A stretch of 64,000 nt of DNA from Octopus sinensis (Eukaryota). The position numbers and the translations under genes were made by a program. Positions 1-13,724 of this stretch are shown here, in pieces. The notes below the pieces were generated by a model. That model was not told the DNA's origin and did not search any database. It saw only the letters and a list, made by a program, of their open reading frames with translations. Location of the stretch: positions 112,964,001-113,028,000 of the forward strand of contig NC_043000.1 in NCBI RefSeq assembly GCF_006345805.1, in the 5' to 3' direction. Every line of letters begins with the position of its first letter. The stretch's first letter is position 1.

Positions 1-83
1 GTATTATGTATATACACACATATATGTATATATTGTTCTATTTTCATTTTTTATTTTTGTATTTATATCTATATATATGTGCA

Positions 84-86
<3 letters not shown>

Positions 87-169
<83 letters not shown>

Positions 170-268
170 GTATAGATAGATAGAGAGAGAGAGAGATAGA
201 GATTGATAGGTAGATAGATAGATAAAATAGATAGATAAGATAGACAGATAGATAAATATATATATATA

Positions 269-321
<53 letters not shown>

Positions 322-340
322 TATATATATATATATATAG

Positions 341-439
<99 letters not shown>

Positions 440-440
440 G
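87..440. repeat. Compound microsatellite (CT)n-(CA)n-(TA)n-(GA)n-(GATA)n
   Basis: Directly visible tandem di- and tetranucleotide runs. Confidence 0.97.
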
Positions 441-937
441 GCATATTCATGTATCTAAGCCTGGAAAGAAAAAAAGATGTTCTGCACGCACCCTGATTAA
501 CATATATTGAGCACACAGTTATTTCTTCATTATTGTTTTCTTCCTCATTATCAACAATGGGTCTGTTCATATTTTTTTCTGAACATTTGCCACTCCTGAT
601 AATTCCGATTGGTTGCATATTTGTCGAGATCTTTCTTTTTCTCTCTCTACCCATCTTTTCTGTAGACCCATCCATGCACGTGTGTATGTGTATATTATTC
701 TTAAGCAAGAATGTTAGTTATCGTTCGACGATGGTTTGGCGCTCCGAAAATTGTAAACAATAATATTTTTGTTTAAAAGTGAAACAATTGTACTCTACAA
801 TCTTGTAGAGTACTCCATCAGATTAATACAAAATTATTTTTAATTATATACACCTTCATGGGGTATACCTGTGTATAATTATGTTGCTTTATTTATGGCT
901 GTGTAAAAACATGAATGTCAAGTGAATTCGATTTTGT

Positions 938-988
938 ACGCTGCACCCTTAAGGGTTTCGGTTCGGTTTATATCCTTCATCGGAGAGA
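938..988 (-). ncRNA. Degenerate minimal type I hammerhead-like motif (Penelope-type)
   Basis: Minus strand TCTCT-CCGATGA-A-GG..CC-GAAA-CCCTTAAGGG-T-G-CAGCG; helix III is a perfect 12-nt palindrome (ACCCTTAAGGGT); core U4 and the cleavage triplet deviate. Confidence 0.4.
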
Positions 989-1475
989 ATGGTTAAGCAA
1001 TACTTATTTTAGATAAGTTATGAAATAGAGAGTGAATTGGAGGAATGAAAATAAACGTGAGATATACAGGGATATTGCATTTATAGATTCATTATTTAGG
1101 CAGAATGGTATACATGTAAGATTCCAGTACCTTGTGAGTATATTCTAATAGTATTTAAAATTGGACATTCCAAGTATAGAGTTTGTAAATAGTGCTATTA
1201 AATCGAGGGTTTATTTAAAGTGACCTAAATGTGTGGTATGTATTTGTAAGGTCAAATCGAAAACAGGAAGAGAGGAAAAAAAGGAAAAAGAAAGAAAAGA
1301 AAAAAGAAAAGCAAGGAGAGAGATAATAAAAAGATGAAGAAAGAGAAAGTGTACCAGTTAGTGGTCGGTCAAGATAAATTGATAGTTAGAGTGAGAGGCG
1401 AGGGTGATTGAGAGAGAAAGATAGGAGCATGTAAAATGATGATAGGGTAAAGAGTAAAGGAGTGTCAGATAGAAG

Positions 1476-1478
<3 letters not shown>

Positions 1479-1542
<64 letters not shown>

Positions 1543-1714
1543 CGACAGAAGCGGTGTGAACGCCATTAGGCTATCGTTATATACAGATTAACGAAGATGT
1601 ATAGTCAAGGCTGAATACTGTGTTGTTTACGTTGAGAACACCACTCATGGTTTTGCATCGTGCATAAAAGCACAGATATGGATGACAGACGAGAAATTCA
1701 CGTCTGAAGATGCA

Positions 1715-1763
<49 letters not shown>

Positions 1764-1788
1764 ACACATACACACACACATACACACA
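1479..1788. repeat. (TA)n (1479-1540) and (CA)n (1719-1788) microsatellites
   Basis: Visible tandem runs. Confidence 0.95.
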
Positions 1789-2695
1789 CGTACTCACGTG
1801 TAATTTCCCGAGTTTAATTCAGCAAAGTCGTAACTAAGTTTTGAGAACAACTTTCTCTTTTACTGACATAAAAACGTGAATAACATATTTACAATTCTTC
1901 CTCTCATTTGTCAGATTTCTTATCTAGGAGATTGGTAAAGTGGGATTTGGAAGCCAATGCCGGTTCCATTTTCTACTTTGTGTCTACAGAAATATCCAAG
2001 ATATATTTGTGTCAATCATTGTTACTTCTCATCTATACAATTTTCATTTTACTTTATTTATTAGAAACCTGCTGTTTTCATTTCAAATCCTGTTTTACTT
2101 ATCTACTATAAAAACTTTTCCCTGCATGTCTTCGACTTGACCAGATATAGCCGTTTCTAAAAACACGCAATTATTTCTCTTTCCTGCAAGTTTCATTAAT
2201 CTTATCCATTTTGGATAAAAACAATAACTGTTTACTTCTTTCATTTGACAGGTTTGTTTCTTCTAGTATAACATTTCACGGAGAGAATTTTAAAAAAGTT
2301 CTCTTTAATTTCAAAGAGATACCGCATCCTGCTTTGTATTGTTTTACCGTTTTCTGGTTCCGGCATGCTTTTATCTTTTGCGTCTTTCCAGCAAGGCAAC
2401 GTTTCGTCTTCCTAACACGATTCAAGATACTCCGCTTTTCAGTGTTGTGGATAGATTTTATGTAGGAAGAAAAAAGTGTGGAAAAGAAAATTGAATGACA
2501 TTTATGCATTTTGCATATATCTATTCAAACATGCACACACACATATGTATATATACATATATATATATGCGTGTGTGTGTGTGTGTGTGCGTGTGTGTGT
2601 GTGTGGTGTATGTATATATATATACATCTATATATATGCACATTTAAATGTATATGAATACGTGTGTATACAATATATATATTATATATACAGAA

Positions 2696-2755
<60 letters not shown>

Positions 2756-2776
2756 GCGCCCTTTTAAAGCCTAGCC

Positions 2777-4024
2777 AGTTCCCGCCGCTTTTTAAAGTTT
2801 TTGAATTTATTGCTTTTAAAAATTTTTGAATCTATTTTCTTCGAGAATTCTATTTTTGAATCATTTTGGAATCTATCTCGTTTTTTTCTAATTAATTTTA
2901 GTTAATATTTGTTTATTTTCATATCATTAAAATAGATATCAATTTAAGGAAAACGTGCATTTTCGACACCTCCTTCTTTTTGCTCTTAATCAAAGTTCTA
3001 AGGCCGAAAAAGCTGGTCGCGATATTTGTGCCGTGTATGGAGAGGGTGCCATAGCTGAAATAACTGCAAGTAATTGGTATGCCAATTTCCAAAATTGAAT
3101 TTTTGACATCACAGACGCACTTCGTTCTGGTCGTCCACTTGAGTTCGATGAAGAGCGATTAAACTAACTTTTACACGAAAATTCTCGTCAAACGACAAGG
3201 GAACCGGCAGAGGAAATGAAATATTCCTACACTGCTATAGAGAAGCATCTTCACTCGATGGGAAAGGTTCAGAAGTATGGGGCATGGTTTCCGCAGGCTT
3301 TAAGTAACAACAACAACAAAATCAACGTGCCACAATCTCTGCCCGCTTTGCTTGCTCGTCACCGCTCAACTCATGGACACAAGCAATGATTTCTTTACTG
3401 AATCGTTACTGGTGACGAAAAATGGTGGCTGTACATCAATATGAAGCAGCGTAAGGAATGGCTTAGCCACGGTAAACAAGCGACACCGAGTGTGAAACAA
3501 AATCTTCATCCGCGAAAATCGATGTTGTGTGTATGGTGGGACTGGGAATGGATTATCTATTACGAATTGCTTGAACAGAACCAATCGGTCAACTAGGAAC
3601 GACTCAACACGGCTATTCAAGAGAAAAGACCTAATCGTCAGCATAGAGTTCTGCTGCACAACAACGCCTGCCCTCATATCACCAATATGACAAAGGAAGC
3701 CATTCGAACGCATGGCTGGGAAGTGCTGCCACACCCGCGTAGTCTCCTGATTTGGCACCAACGGATTTCCACCTCTTTTGATCTCTTTCAAATGCAATGC
3801 GCAGAGTTTCATTCAGTAATGATGCAGAATTGAAAGCTTGGTTGGATCAATTTTTCGAGTCGAATTCAGGTGATTTCTACCAACGAGGTATTGAAAATCT
3901 TGTTGAATGTTGATAAGAAGTTGTAAACAACAAGGGTGAATACATTAATTATTAATTAGTTGTTATTTTTTATAAAAAAATTTAAATTAAAAAAATCGGC
4001 GGGAACTTAGTTGCCAACCCAATA
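2777..4024 (+). mobile_element. Mariner (DD34D-type) DNA transposon, decayed
   Basis: 3' TIR ...cggcgggaacttagttgccaacccaa(ta) at ~3995-4024; inner part of 5' TIR agttcccgccgctttt at 2777-2793; TA-rich flanks; transposase remnant inside. Confidence 0.93.
2930..3950 (+). pseudogene. Mariner transposase remnant
   Basis: Translates across frameshifts to AVYGEGAI, RSGRP, IVTGDEKW, MLCVWWDW, LHNNACPH, WEVLPHP; stops and deletions present. Confidence 0.92.
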
Positions 4025-4066
4025 TACAAACACATACATATAAATAAATGTATATGTATATAATAC

Positions 4067-4104
<38 letters not shown>

Positions 4105-4269
4105 AGTCTATATATGTATGTGGGGGTATGTGTGTGTATGTGTGTGTATGTGTGTATGTATAAAACTTATGAGCCGCGGGGTGCAATATACTCCGTACAT
4201 ATATTGCTAGAAATAAAAGTTAAATCACTCATAGTGGCGTAGAAGTACATTTATACACACTGACAAGGT

Positions 4270-5065
4270 AAATAACTGTCCCATGATCGAAGCAAAGCTA
4301 GAACACCAGATTGCACACAATCATCCTAATGGGATCTATTGCTGGGCAAGCCTCCAGAACTTGGTCCAGTAAAAAGAAAAAGAAAAACAAACAAATAACT
4401 ATATAGCCAATCATTAAATGACAGCAGATTCGTAGACAATCCACAATGCAGATCCAAAATTCCTCAGCAAAAAATCAGAAAAAAATATAATCTAATTCAT
4501 TCGAACCTTCAGCGAGAGTATAATGTATGTGTGTTACTCACAGAAACCATTTTAGCATTAATCAGAAAGCACTTTCCAACCAAACATATGTCAGCAAATT
4601 TTTTCTGTTGGGACAATACAACAGATAGTTAAAGTTGCACAATGATCTTCAAACTTAATATTTAATGCTTAAATAGCAGCACACCAAGGTACACGTAACA
4701 GAAAATTACACAAACTTAAGTACTTGAACATTACGTAGAAACTGTCGAGGACTAGACATAGACTTTAACGTAAAAGTAACTCAAGAGTTACTAACATCGC
4801 GCACATACAATCTGGATCATAAATAATAGAAACATAATGCCCTCTTCTCACTACGTCTCCGAATTAAAAAGAAATAAAATAGCAACAACCGTAAAATGCT
4901 AATATTTGACTGTACTCATTGGTACATAAATAATTTGAGATCTGTCTTCTGTGCTTTATCATAAAATACAACATTGAGACACTAAGCGCACGGATAGTAA
5001 GAAATCAAAGCAAGATTATCTCACGTTACAGTGACCAAAGTAAATTCATCTTCAGGAAATGGCGT
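4270..5065 (+). mobile_element. Penelope-like element fragment (RT-to-GIY-YIG linker and endonuclease C-terminus), highly decayed
   Basis: KNII*FIRTFSES..ETILALIRKHFPT..SCTM and RNQSKIISRYSDQSKF resemble PLE motifs WFNPPFS..FLxLIDKHFP..YSC and LNxRSEIISxCRHxxKF. Confidence 0.7.
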
Positions 5066-5384
5066 GAAATCTAAACAGGACAACATCCACACAAGCACAC
5101 ACACACACACACACATACACATAAATACACACGCAGAATTAGATATTGACACTCTTACACTCGACCCACAAACAACCCACATTTAACATCCACTTCACTA
5201 CGCACACCTATACATACACCCGGAGATTCAAACAAGAGCAAGTGTTATACACAAACATGGACACACATACTTAAAGGTAGGTAAAGGAAAAAGACAATAT
5301 AAAATTCATGTAAACAGAGAAAATTGACGTATTCGATCTGAAATAATAGAAAATACTCACAAACGGTGCACACAAGTAAAATGT

Positions 5385-5800
5385 TCTTCTCTACTCTAAG
5401 CACAAGACCCGAAATTTTGGGGAACAGAGGCAGTCGATTAGATCGACCCCATTACGCAACTTGTACTTAATTCATCAACCCCGAAAGGATGAAAGGGAAA
5501 GGTGACCTCGGCGGAATTTGAACTCAGAACGTAAAGATGGACGAAATACCATTAAGCAATTCGCGCGGCGTGCTAACGTTTCTTATTTCTTTATTGTCCA
5601 CAAGGAGCATAGAGGACAGACAAAGGGATTTAGTCGATTAAGTCGACCCCAGTGCATAACTGGTACTTAATTTATCGACCCCGAAACGATGAAAGACAAA
5701 GTCGACCTCGGCGGGTTTAGAACTGAGGAACGTAACGGCAGACGAAATACCGCTACGCATTTCGCCCGGTGTGCTAACGTTTCTGCCAGCTCGCCGCCTT
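5385..5800 (-). mobile_element. SINE-A dimer (tRNA-like head; central gtcgactttgcctttcatcctttcggggtcgat domain)
   Basis: Two head-to-tail units (5584-5800, 5385-5583) matching the other SINE-A copies in the window. Confidence 0.88.
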
Positions 5801-5924
5801 CACACAAGCAAATATTAAAACCCTTCATACTTGAGCAAACAAATGTCAAACCCACACACAAACAAACAAACACATGAAGTGAAATATACTAGCAAGCTGT
5901 CTTCTATCAACCAACAATTCTAAT

Positions 5925-6255
5925 ACCAGTTCTAAATTTAGTTGATAAGTCAATTACATTGACACCAGTGTACAACTGGTATTGTTTTATCGACCCCGAA
6001 AGGATGAAAGGCAAAATCAACCTCGGAGTAAACTGAACTCAGATCGTAAAGACGAACAAAATGCTTAGCCGCATTTTGTCCGGCGTGCTAATGATTTGGC
6101 CAGTAAGCCGCCTTAATGAAGATGCTTATAGCACCTGTGTTGCTCAAGAAGGAAAAGTCAACCTTGGTGGAAATTGTACTCAGGACGTAAAGACGGACGA
6201 ATCGCCGCTAAGCATTCTGTCCTGTGTGATAATAATTCGGCCCTCAAGCCTTCTT
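5925..6255 (-). mobile_element. Two further SINE-A copies (one partial)
   Basis: cgaccccgaaaggatgaaaggcaaaatcaacctcgg and head remnants. Confidence 0.8.
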
Positions 6256-6769
6256 TTACAACAAGTGCAGTATGCGTTTCCATCAGAGACAATAGGAAAT
6301 ATTCATAAAAGATGGACTTTTACAAAACCAAATAATTATTTCTAGCGAATGAAATAGACTCAGTCAAAATAAATAAATAAATAAATAAATAAGAGATAAA
6401 TCCTTTACAACCAAATAATGCTTAAGTAGATTAGCAGATAAATCAGCCAGTAAATAACTTTATAAACTAAAATAATTCCCCCTGAACTCGGTAAAAATAA
6501 AAGAAAAGAAAAGGTATTATATATAATTCTTAGTGACAATTTAAATGTAAATAAATATTATGAACCAGCTTCAAAAGAGACCGCAATAGAGACGTAGAAA
6601 AGCAACTACTAAAGAGCAAACCAGAAAAACTGATATAGCAAACCACAAAGTAGGGGACATGTTTCAAATCCAAGCATTTATCTCGAAAAGGGATATTTTC
6701 CACCACTGGATATCGCTGTGGTGCCAAAGTAGTGTCACGTGATGAATATTCAGTTCATTTAAAAAAGAA

Positions 6770-6965
6770 GCGATGCGGAGTGATGGCAGAAGTGTTTAGC
6801 GGCATTTAGTCCGTTTTTACATTCTCGTTTCAAATTCTGACGAAGTCGACATTGCATTCCATCAATTCGGGGTCGATTAAGTAAGTGCCATTTGAAGACT
6901 GGTGTCGCTGTAATCGGCTAACCCCTTCCTCCAATGTTACTAGCCATGTACCAAACTTGGAAGCC
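6770..6965 (+). mobile_element. SINE-A, degenerate
   Basis: ttcaaattctgacgaagtcgacattgcattccatcaattcggggtcgat matches the core. Confidence 0.75.
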
Positions 6966-7036
6966 AATATAGACAATATACTCTACTACGTGTACTGAGT
7001 GCTCTTCTCATTCGCTCAACATGTACGCGTACGCGC

Positions 7037-7067
<31 letters not shown>

Positions 7068-7070
<3 letters not shown>

Positions 7071-7470
7071 TCTTTTACACTTTACTCTTTTACTCGTTTC
7101 AGTCATTTGAGTGCGGCCATGCCGGAGCACCGCCTTTAGTCGAGCAAATCAACACCCAGGACTTATACTTTGTAAACCTAGTACTTATTCTATCGGTCTC
7201 TTTTGCCGAAACGCTAAGTTACGGGGACGTAAACACACCAGCATCGGTTGTCAAGCGATGTTGGGGGGACGAACACAGACATACAAACATATACACACAC
7301 ATACATATATATACATATATACGACATGCTTCTTTCAGTTTCCGTCAACCAAATCCACTCATAAGGCTTTGGGCGGCTCGAGGCTATAGTAAATGACACT
7401 TGCCCAAGGTGTCACGCTGTGGGACCAAACCCGGCAGCATGTGGTTGGGAAGCAAGCTACTTACCCCCTC
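7068..7470 (-). mobile_element. SINE-B (tRNA head, CORE-like ccttgggcaagtgtc box, internal microsatellite, AAGAGT-like tail)
   Basis: Reverse complement of the copies at 9139 and 16290; full length. Confidence 0.9.
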
Positions 7471-7504
7471 CCACACACACACGCACATATACACACACAA
7501 ACAG

Positions 7505-7536
<32 letters not shown>

Positions 7537-7595
7537 ATGTATATAAACTGGGTTTATCTTAGGTTTCCGGACTTTGTTACAAACATTCTACTGCG

Positions 7596-7602
7596 TTACT
7601 TC

Positions 7603-7635
<33 letters not shown>

Positions 7636-7690
7636 TGTATGTATGATGTATGTATGTATGTATGTTTGTATGTTTGTATGTATGTATGTA
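7596..7690. repeat. (TATG)n microsatellite
   Basis: Visible tandem run. Confidence 0.95.
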
Positions 7691-8308
7691 TGTTTGCGGT
7701 GTGTGTAGGCCTATGTGTGTTTGCTGCTGTTTTTACCAATAACGTCAAAAGCAATGACATTAACGCCAATACCAAATACAACAAGACAAACAACACAGAC
7801 ATAATCTGGGGATTAAGCATGTAATGTCTGATGTTTAATTGTTTCAGGTCAGTCGTAAATCCTCGGAGTATTAATGCTGGTGGGGGAGACGGGAGACAAA
7901 TGGTGGGGAGTGGGTGAAACGGAAGTGGGGATAACGAAGCCGAGGGAGAAGGTTGGGAAGAGTAGACCAGGGAGCAGATTCTAGAATATTGGTCAAGAGA
8001 AAGAGACGATTAGATACGAGAAAAAGAGAGAGAGAGAGGGAGAGAGAGGGAGAGAGAGCGATTGCTTAACTGAGGTTAAGCCTCTAGCGAGACGTAGATT
8101 AGTGAAGATTTGTGAAGAGATAAACTCTCTATCTGTAAGTCTTTCTATATGTATGTGTGTTGTTGGCGTGCGTACGTTCTTGTGGAAGTCTGTTGGTTTG
8201 TATGTGTATGTATAGGCATAGCTCTTACTATTCTGTGCTCATAACTTTGGTAAGTGGCGGCAATAATATCTGTGTAACGTGTGTATATATATATATGCAT
8301 TATACACG

Positions 8309-8347
<39 letters not shown>

Positions 8348-8350
8348 GTA

Positions 8351-8405
<55 letters not shown>

Positions 8406-8982
8406 CATATTCATACATAAATTTGTGTAAAACAGATAACGTACATATAACGTACATAAACACGTGTGTGAATGTATATGTGAGTATGTGTTGCGTGTGT
8501 ATTCTTAAATGTATAAATATGGTCACACTCACTTATATGTATGTATGTATCTATGTACGTATGTATGTATGTATTGAATTAGAGACGCAGATACGTGGAA
8601 ACCTAACAATCTACATTGTAATTCATGGAACTGAAATACGAAATCACTTTTTTCTATAATTAATTTAAAATCAACCAGATCTATGAATCTATGTCTGGAT
8701 AAATACACAGGAAAAGAGGATCGGGAGTCATCATTATTTAATGTCAGAATATAGGGAACATAACCCTGTATTCTCTTGACGATGCAAAATTCTTTATTTA
8801 TCGACTTAAGTATGACAGGAAAATATTGACGTCGGTGGCATTTGAACACAGAGTGCGGAGAAAAAGATCAAAAACTGTAAGGAAGTCTATGTGAAATTAT
8901 TATGGCTGTTTGAATACAACGGCTAATCCACATATATATTCTTTTAAACATTTGTACACACATTCATATGTAGATGAGTATA

Positions 8983-9034
<52 letters not shown>

Positions 9035-9138
9035 CTTGTGTTTCTATGTGTGTTGGGGTGTATGTGTAAATACATTAAGTCAAAGTGGAATTCATTGTAT
9101 TACATGTAATGCTTTGATTACGCCCGTTTCGACACTAC

Positions 9139-9400
9139 AACAAGGAATTATTCCGGGTTCAATCCCACTGCTTAGCTCCTTGGGCAAGTGTCTTCTACTA
9201 TAGCCCCGGGCCGACCAAAGCCTTGTGAGTGGATTTGGTAGACGGAAACTGAAAGAAGCCAGTCGTATATATGTATATATATATATATATGTATGTCTGT
9301 ATATGCTGTGTGTCTGTGTTTGTCCCCCAACATCGCTTGACAACCGATGCTGGTGTGTTTATGTCCCCAAAACTTAGCGGGCCAGTAAAAGAGACCGACA
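9139..9400 (+). mobile_element. SINE-B, partial
   Basis: ccgggttcaatcccactg..ccttgggcaagtgtcttctactatagccccgggccgacc. Confidence 0.88.
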
Positions 9401-9417
9401 TGTATATATATATACAT

Positions 9418-9580
9418 GCGCAGGAGTGTCTGTGCGGAAAGTAGATTGCTTACCAACCAAATGGTTCCTGGTTCAGTCCTACTCTGCGGTACTTTGGGAA
9501 TGTTTCTTCTCCTATAGGCACGGGCTGACCAAATCCTTGTGAGTAGCTTTGGTAGACGGAAACTGAAAAGATGTCCGTCA
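9418..9580 (+). mobile_element. SINE-B 5' half
   Basis: gcgcaggagtgtctgtg head..ggttcagtcc..gtagacggaaactgaaa. Confidence 0.85.
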
Positions 9581-9721
9581 TGTGTGTGTGTGAGTATGTG
9601 TGTGTATGTGTGTGTATGTGTGTGTATAGGGGGTGAAGATGGTCGGCAGCTTTTGCTTTTGTCCGTTACAATGCCACTGAGGCCAAATAATTCACGGATT
9701 GTTTAAAGCATCCGTTAAATA

Positions 9722-9842
9722 TTCTTTTCTACTCTAGGTACAAGGCCCAAAATTTTGAGGGGAGGGGCCAGTCGATTAGATCGACCCCAGAACACAAGTG
9801 CTACTTAATTTATCGTCCTCCAAAGGATGAAGTCGACTTCGC
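9722..9842 (-). mobile_element. SINE-A 3' part
   Basis: Tail and core match other copies. Confidence 0.78.
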
Positions 9843-9924
9843 AATATTGGGTTAAATATTGGGTCCGGTTTTATTGTGCCTAGAACAGAAAAAAAAAGAA
9901 ATAATGATATTACATAATTCTTCA

Positions 9925-10090
9925 AGTCGGCAAGCTGGCATGTTCTGTGTTCAAATTCCACCGAGGTCGACTTTTCATTTTACCAATTCGGTGAACATAA
10001 AATAAAACCATTTGAACATAAGGGTAGATGTAATCGACTAACCACTTCCACCTGAAATTCCTGGCCTTGCCTCAAAATTTGAAAGCAATA
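9925..10090 (+). mobile_element. SINE-A, degenerate
   Basis: gttcaaattccaccgaggtcgacttt..gtaatcgactaacc. Confidence 0.72.
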
Positions 10091-10799
10091 TTATATAATA
10101 CATTTTTAAAATGATATTTTTCTTTTTACATCTTACTATACATTACAATTCGCGAAATAAATGTCTGGAACACTTTACTTTCTTTCAGTATTATTATATG
10201 CACACAAACAACACAATATATATATATATATATATATATAACACTTATGTACACACTTAGACACACACACGTATTCTCTCTCTCTCTCATGCACACATAT
10301 ACTCGCTCATATTTACAATAACCTATATCGTTATATATAAGTTTATGTCCTCAATTAGAAGCCTCTTTTAAACCCAATTTATATATTTCTCTATCGATGC
10401 TGTCTTCTACATATGAAGAAGAGCAAAACTTCCTTGCAAATTTACATTTGTATTTTCTCTTATTTGATATTGGTGCAATTCCTAGAAAATAAATATACAT
10501 ACTTTTGTATTAGTACAATTCTAAATTGAAACACTTATACGGATATACGGAACGCTGGAAAATAATTTTTCCACTGGCATACCTTCAGGATATGTTAGCG
10601 TATAGATGCAATATACGCTGGAACGTACGTACGTATCTATATATGTATGTATGTATGCATGCTTGTATGTATGTATGCATGTTTGTATGTATGTATGTAT
10701 GTTTGTATGTATGTATGTATATATCTATCTCTCTATCAATCTATCAATCTATTTGTGTATAAGTATATAAATATTAATACGGCCTTAAACATGAAATAC

Positions 10800-10848
10800 A
10801 CACTGATATGTATATATATATATGTATATATATATATGTGTGTGTAAG

Positions 10849-10888
<40 letters not shown>

Positions 10889-10889
10889 G

Positions 10890-10988
<99 letters not shown>

Positions 10989-11019
10989 ATATATGTATAT
11001 ATATATGTATATATATATG

Positions 11020-11058
<39 letters not shown>

Positions 11059-11060
11059 GC
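10800..11060. repeat. Long imperfect (TA)n tract
   Basis: Visible; source of several spurious YI-rich ORFs. Confidence 0.97.
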
Positions 11061-11963
11061 ATAGATGTGTGTATGTAGTATGTGTGGAACTGGTTATATG
11101 GAATGTATACCATTTGTTATATTCAATATATTTATTTATAATACCTTCACACGCCCATACCCTCCACACACACACACAAACACACACACGCATATAAATA
11201 CGTTATATACATGCCGCTGTGCGTAAGCATACATTAATATGTATATATCTATAGTGATAAGAATATCGTTGCATATATAAATATACATAGATACACCATA
11301 TCCACACATATACACATATATGCATATATATGAAAAATAATAAATATATTGTTCATTATATAATACACATATAATATACATTCATACGTACATATATGTA
11401 TATATATATATATACATTTATATATAATGTATATCTATTTATATATGAAAATGTACATATACACATATTTATTAAATATACATACATAAATATATATATA
11501 TATATATATATACATACATATTGTTAGGTAATTGAGCAGACTAATATATGATATATATCAGACAAAATATTACTAAAATTTAACAAAGCAACCATAAAAA
11601 CTACAAGAAAATTAAAAACCCCAACAAAGGACGGTAATAATATGAAGAAAAAAAAATAAAAATAATAATTTCTGAAACTAATAAAATGTAAATTTTATAT
11701 TTAATAAGTCCGAAGGGAATATTGTGGAATATTGTCGGAGCGGGGTGGGGGAGTCATTGAAAGAAAAATGATCGCTTCATATAAGTTTAATTTAATTTGG
11801 TGATGTATTTCCATATGTAACTATCTCTCGATATATATATACATTCCTATCTATATACATTATATACACACAAACACACACACACATATATATTTCTTTC
11901 TCTTTTTGTAGGTTCACATACATGCATCCAGACATACATAGATATATACATATACATATACAT

Positions 11964-12029
<66 letters not shown>

Positions 12030-12585
12030 TCACACACACACACACATATATATATACACACACATAGTATAGCAGTATGTTCTGTGCGTATGTAAGTATC
12101 TCTGCAGTTATATGTAAATTTGTATGTAAAATTATTTACATTTACATATGCCTTCACAAATATATACACACGTATAAAGTCACACAGACGCACAGAAGCA
12201 CGCACGCAAACACATACATATATAAGATGGATAGTTACCAAGATTAGAGTGTGTGTGTTTGTCTACAATAGATAGAGTCAAATATCTCGAATTGATTGGA
12301 AGTTAGAAAGCAAAGAAGTCAATTACGCAGATTGGCTCATATTGCTCGATAAAACCAGGACAGGTACATGAATAATAATATATTTATTTGTAGACATAAT
12401 CACGTAGATAAGAAAACAATCTTAAAAATGAGCCACGGAGGGTACCTTTGCGGTTTAGCTCTACTAACTTAAAACGCGTCACCATATTTCCTTCAAATTT
12501 CACTCCATCGTCCTGAAAACATTCGGTGAGGTCATTGCTGGAACGCATTTGTATATAGTTTGGGAATACTTAAAATTATATAAAA

Positions 12586-12977
12586 CTAGCAGTATCGCCC
12601 GGCGTTGCTCGGGTTTGTTTCAACCCTTTAGAATTAGAATTTTCGAAAAGTAAAAGTTTTGCATTATGTAGCTTGTTATTCTCTTTAAGTGAACATTTTT
12701 CGGGTTGAGATACACCGAAAAATGGCGACACAGCAGTCAAACAATCATAAAAAATTGTGATTTTTATAGAAAAAAAGCACCTTTTTGATGTAAATAAGTT
12801 TTGGTATTAACATGGTCCGATTTGAATTCTTTCTTCTACAGAAGGAAGAGCGCGCCTTCTTCTATCATACTCTCAATTTTGGTCAACTTGTGCCGCAGGG
12901 TCTCGGAGGAGATAGTGTTAGTTGAAGGCTACCAAACCTGCTATACACACACAACTTCAGCTATATATATAGAGAGA
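12586..12977 (-). mobile_element. Non-autonomous Helitron (392 bp)
   Basis: Minus strand A|TC start (TCTCTCTATATATATAG), GC hairpin cccgagcaacgccggg ~8 nt before terminal CTAG|T; no TSD. Confidence 0.8.
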
Positions 12978-13301
12978 TTACTGTTATATTTCGGGATGGT
13001 CATTTTTCTTTTCTTCTTTTCTGTTAACACACAGGCATTTGTTCATTTTTAACACAATTATTGTATGCCCTTTTGATTCCACAGGAAATAACAATAGAGG
13101 ATAACTTCACATTTACAAACTCATGGCAGAGCATCCTTTTTTTATAAATCTCATCTTGCTTACTTTTATTGTAAGATGTTTTTTTTTTTGTTTATTTTTT
13201 CAATAAGATTCCTATCCTGAACGAAGTATCTAAAATGTCTGAGAGGTTTTTGATACTTTTATATATAAAAAAATTTACTAGTAATATTAATTTCGAAGAA
13301 A

Positions 13302-13724
13302 GGTGGCGAGCTGGCAGAACCGTTAGCACGCCGGGCGAGATGCTTAGGGGTATTTCATCTGCAAATACGTTCTGAGTTCAAATTCCGCTGACGTCGACCT
13401 TGCCTTCCATCCTTTCGGGGTCGATAAATTAAGTACCAGTTACGCACTGGGGTCGATATAATCGACTTAATCCGTTTGTCTGTCCTTGTTTGTCCCCTTT
13501 GTGTTTAACCCCTTGTGGGTAGTAAAGAAATAGGTATTCTCTCTACCGCTACGTTCTGAGTTCAAATTCCGCCGAGGTCGACTTTGCCTTTCATCCTTTC
13601 GGGGTCTATTAAATAAGTACCAGTTGCATACTGGGTCGATCTAATCGACTTAATCCGTTTGTCTGTCTTTGTTTGTCCCCTTTATGTTTAGCCCCCACCC
13701 CTATGAGCAATAAAAAAATAAATA
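13302..13724 (+). mobile_element. SINE-A dimer with 19-bp target-site duplication
   Basis: aatattaa(t/c)ttcgaagaaa at 13283-13301 and 13725-13743 flanks one full and one 5'-short unit. Confidence 0.9.

Noticed and set aside
316-708. 130-aa minus-strand ORF with splice-like signals
   Set aside because: The last third is (GATA)/(TA) repeat and the rest has no recognisable domain; the splice signals are not distinguishable from chance
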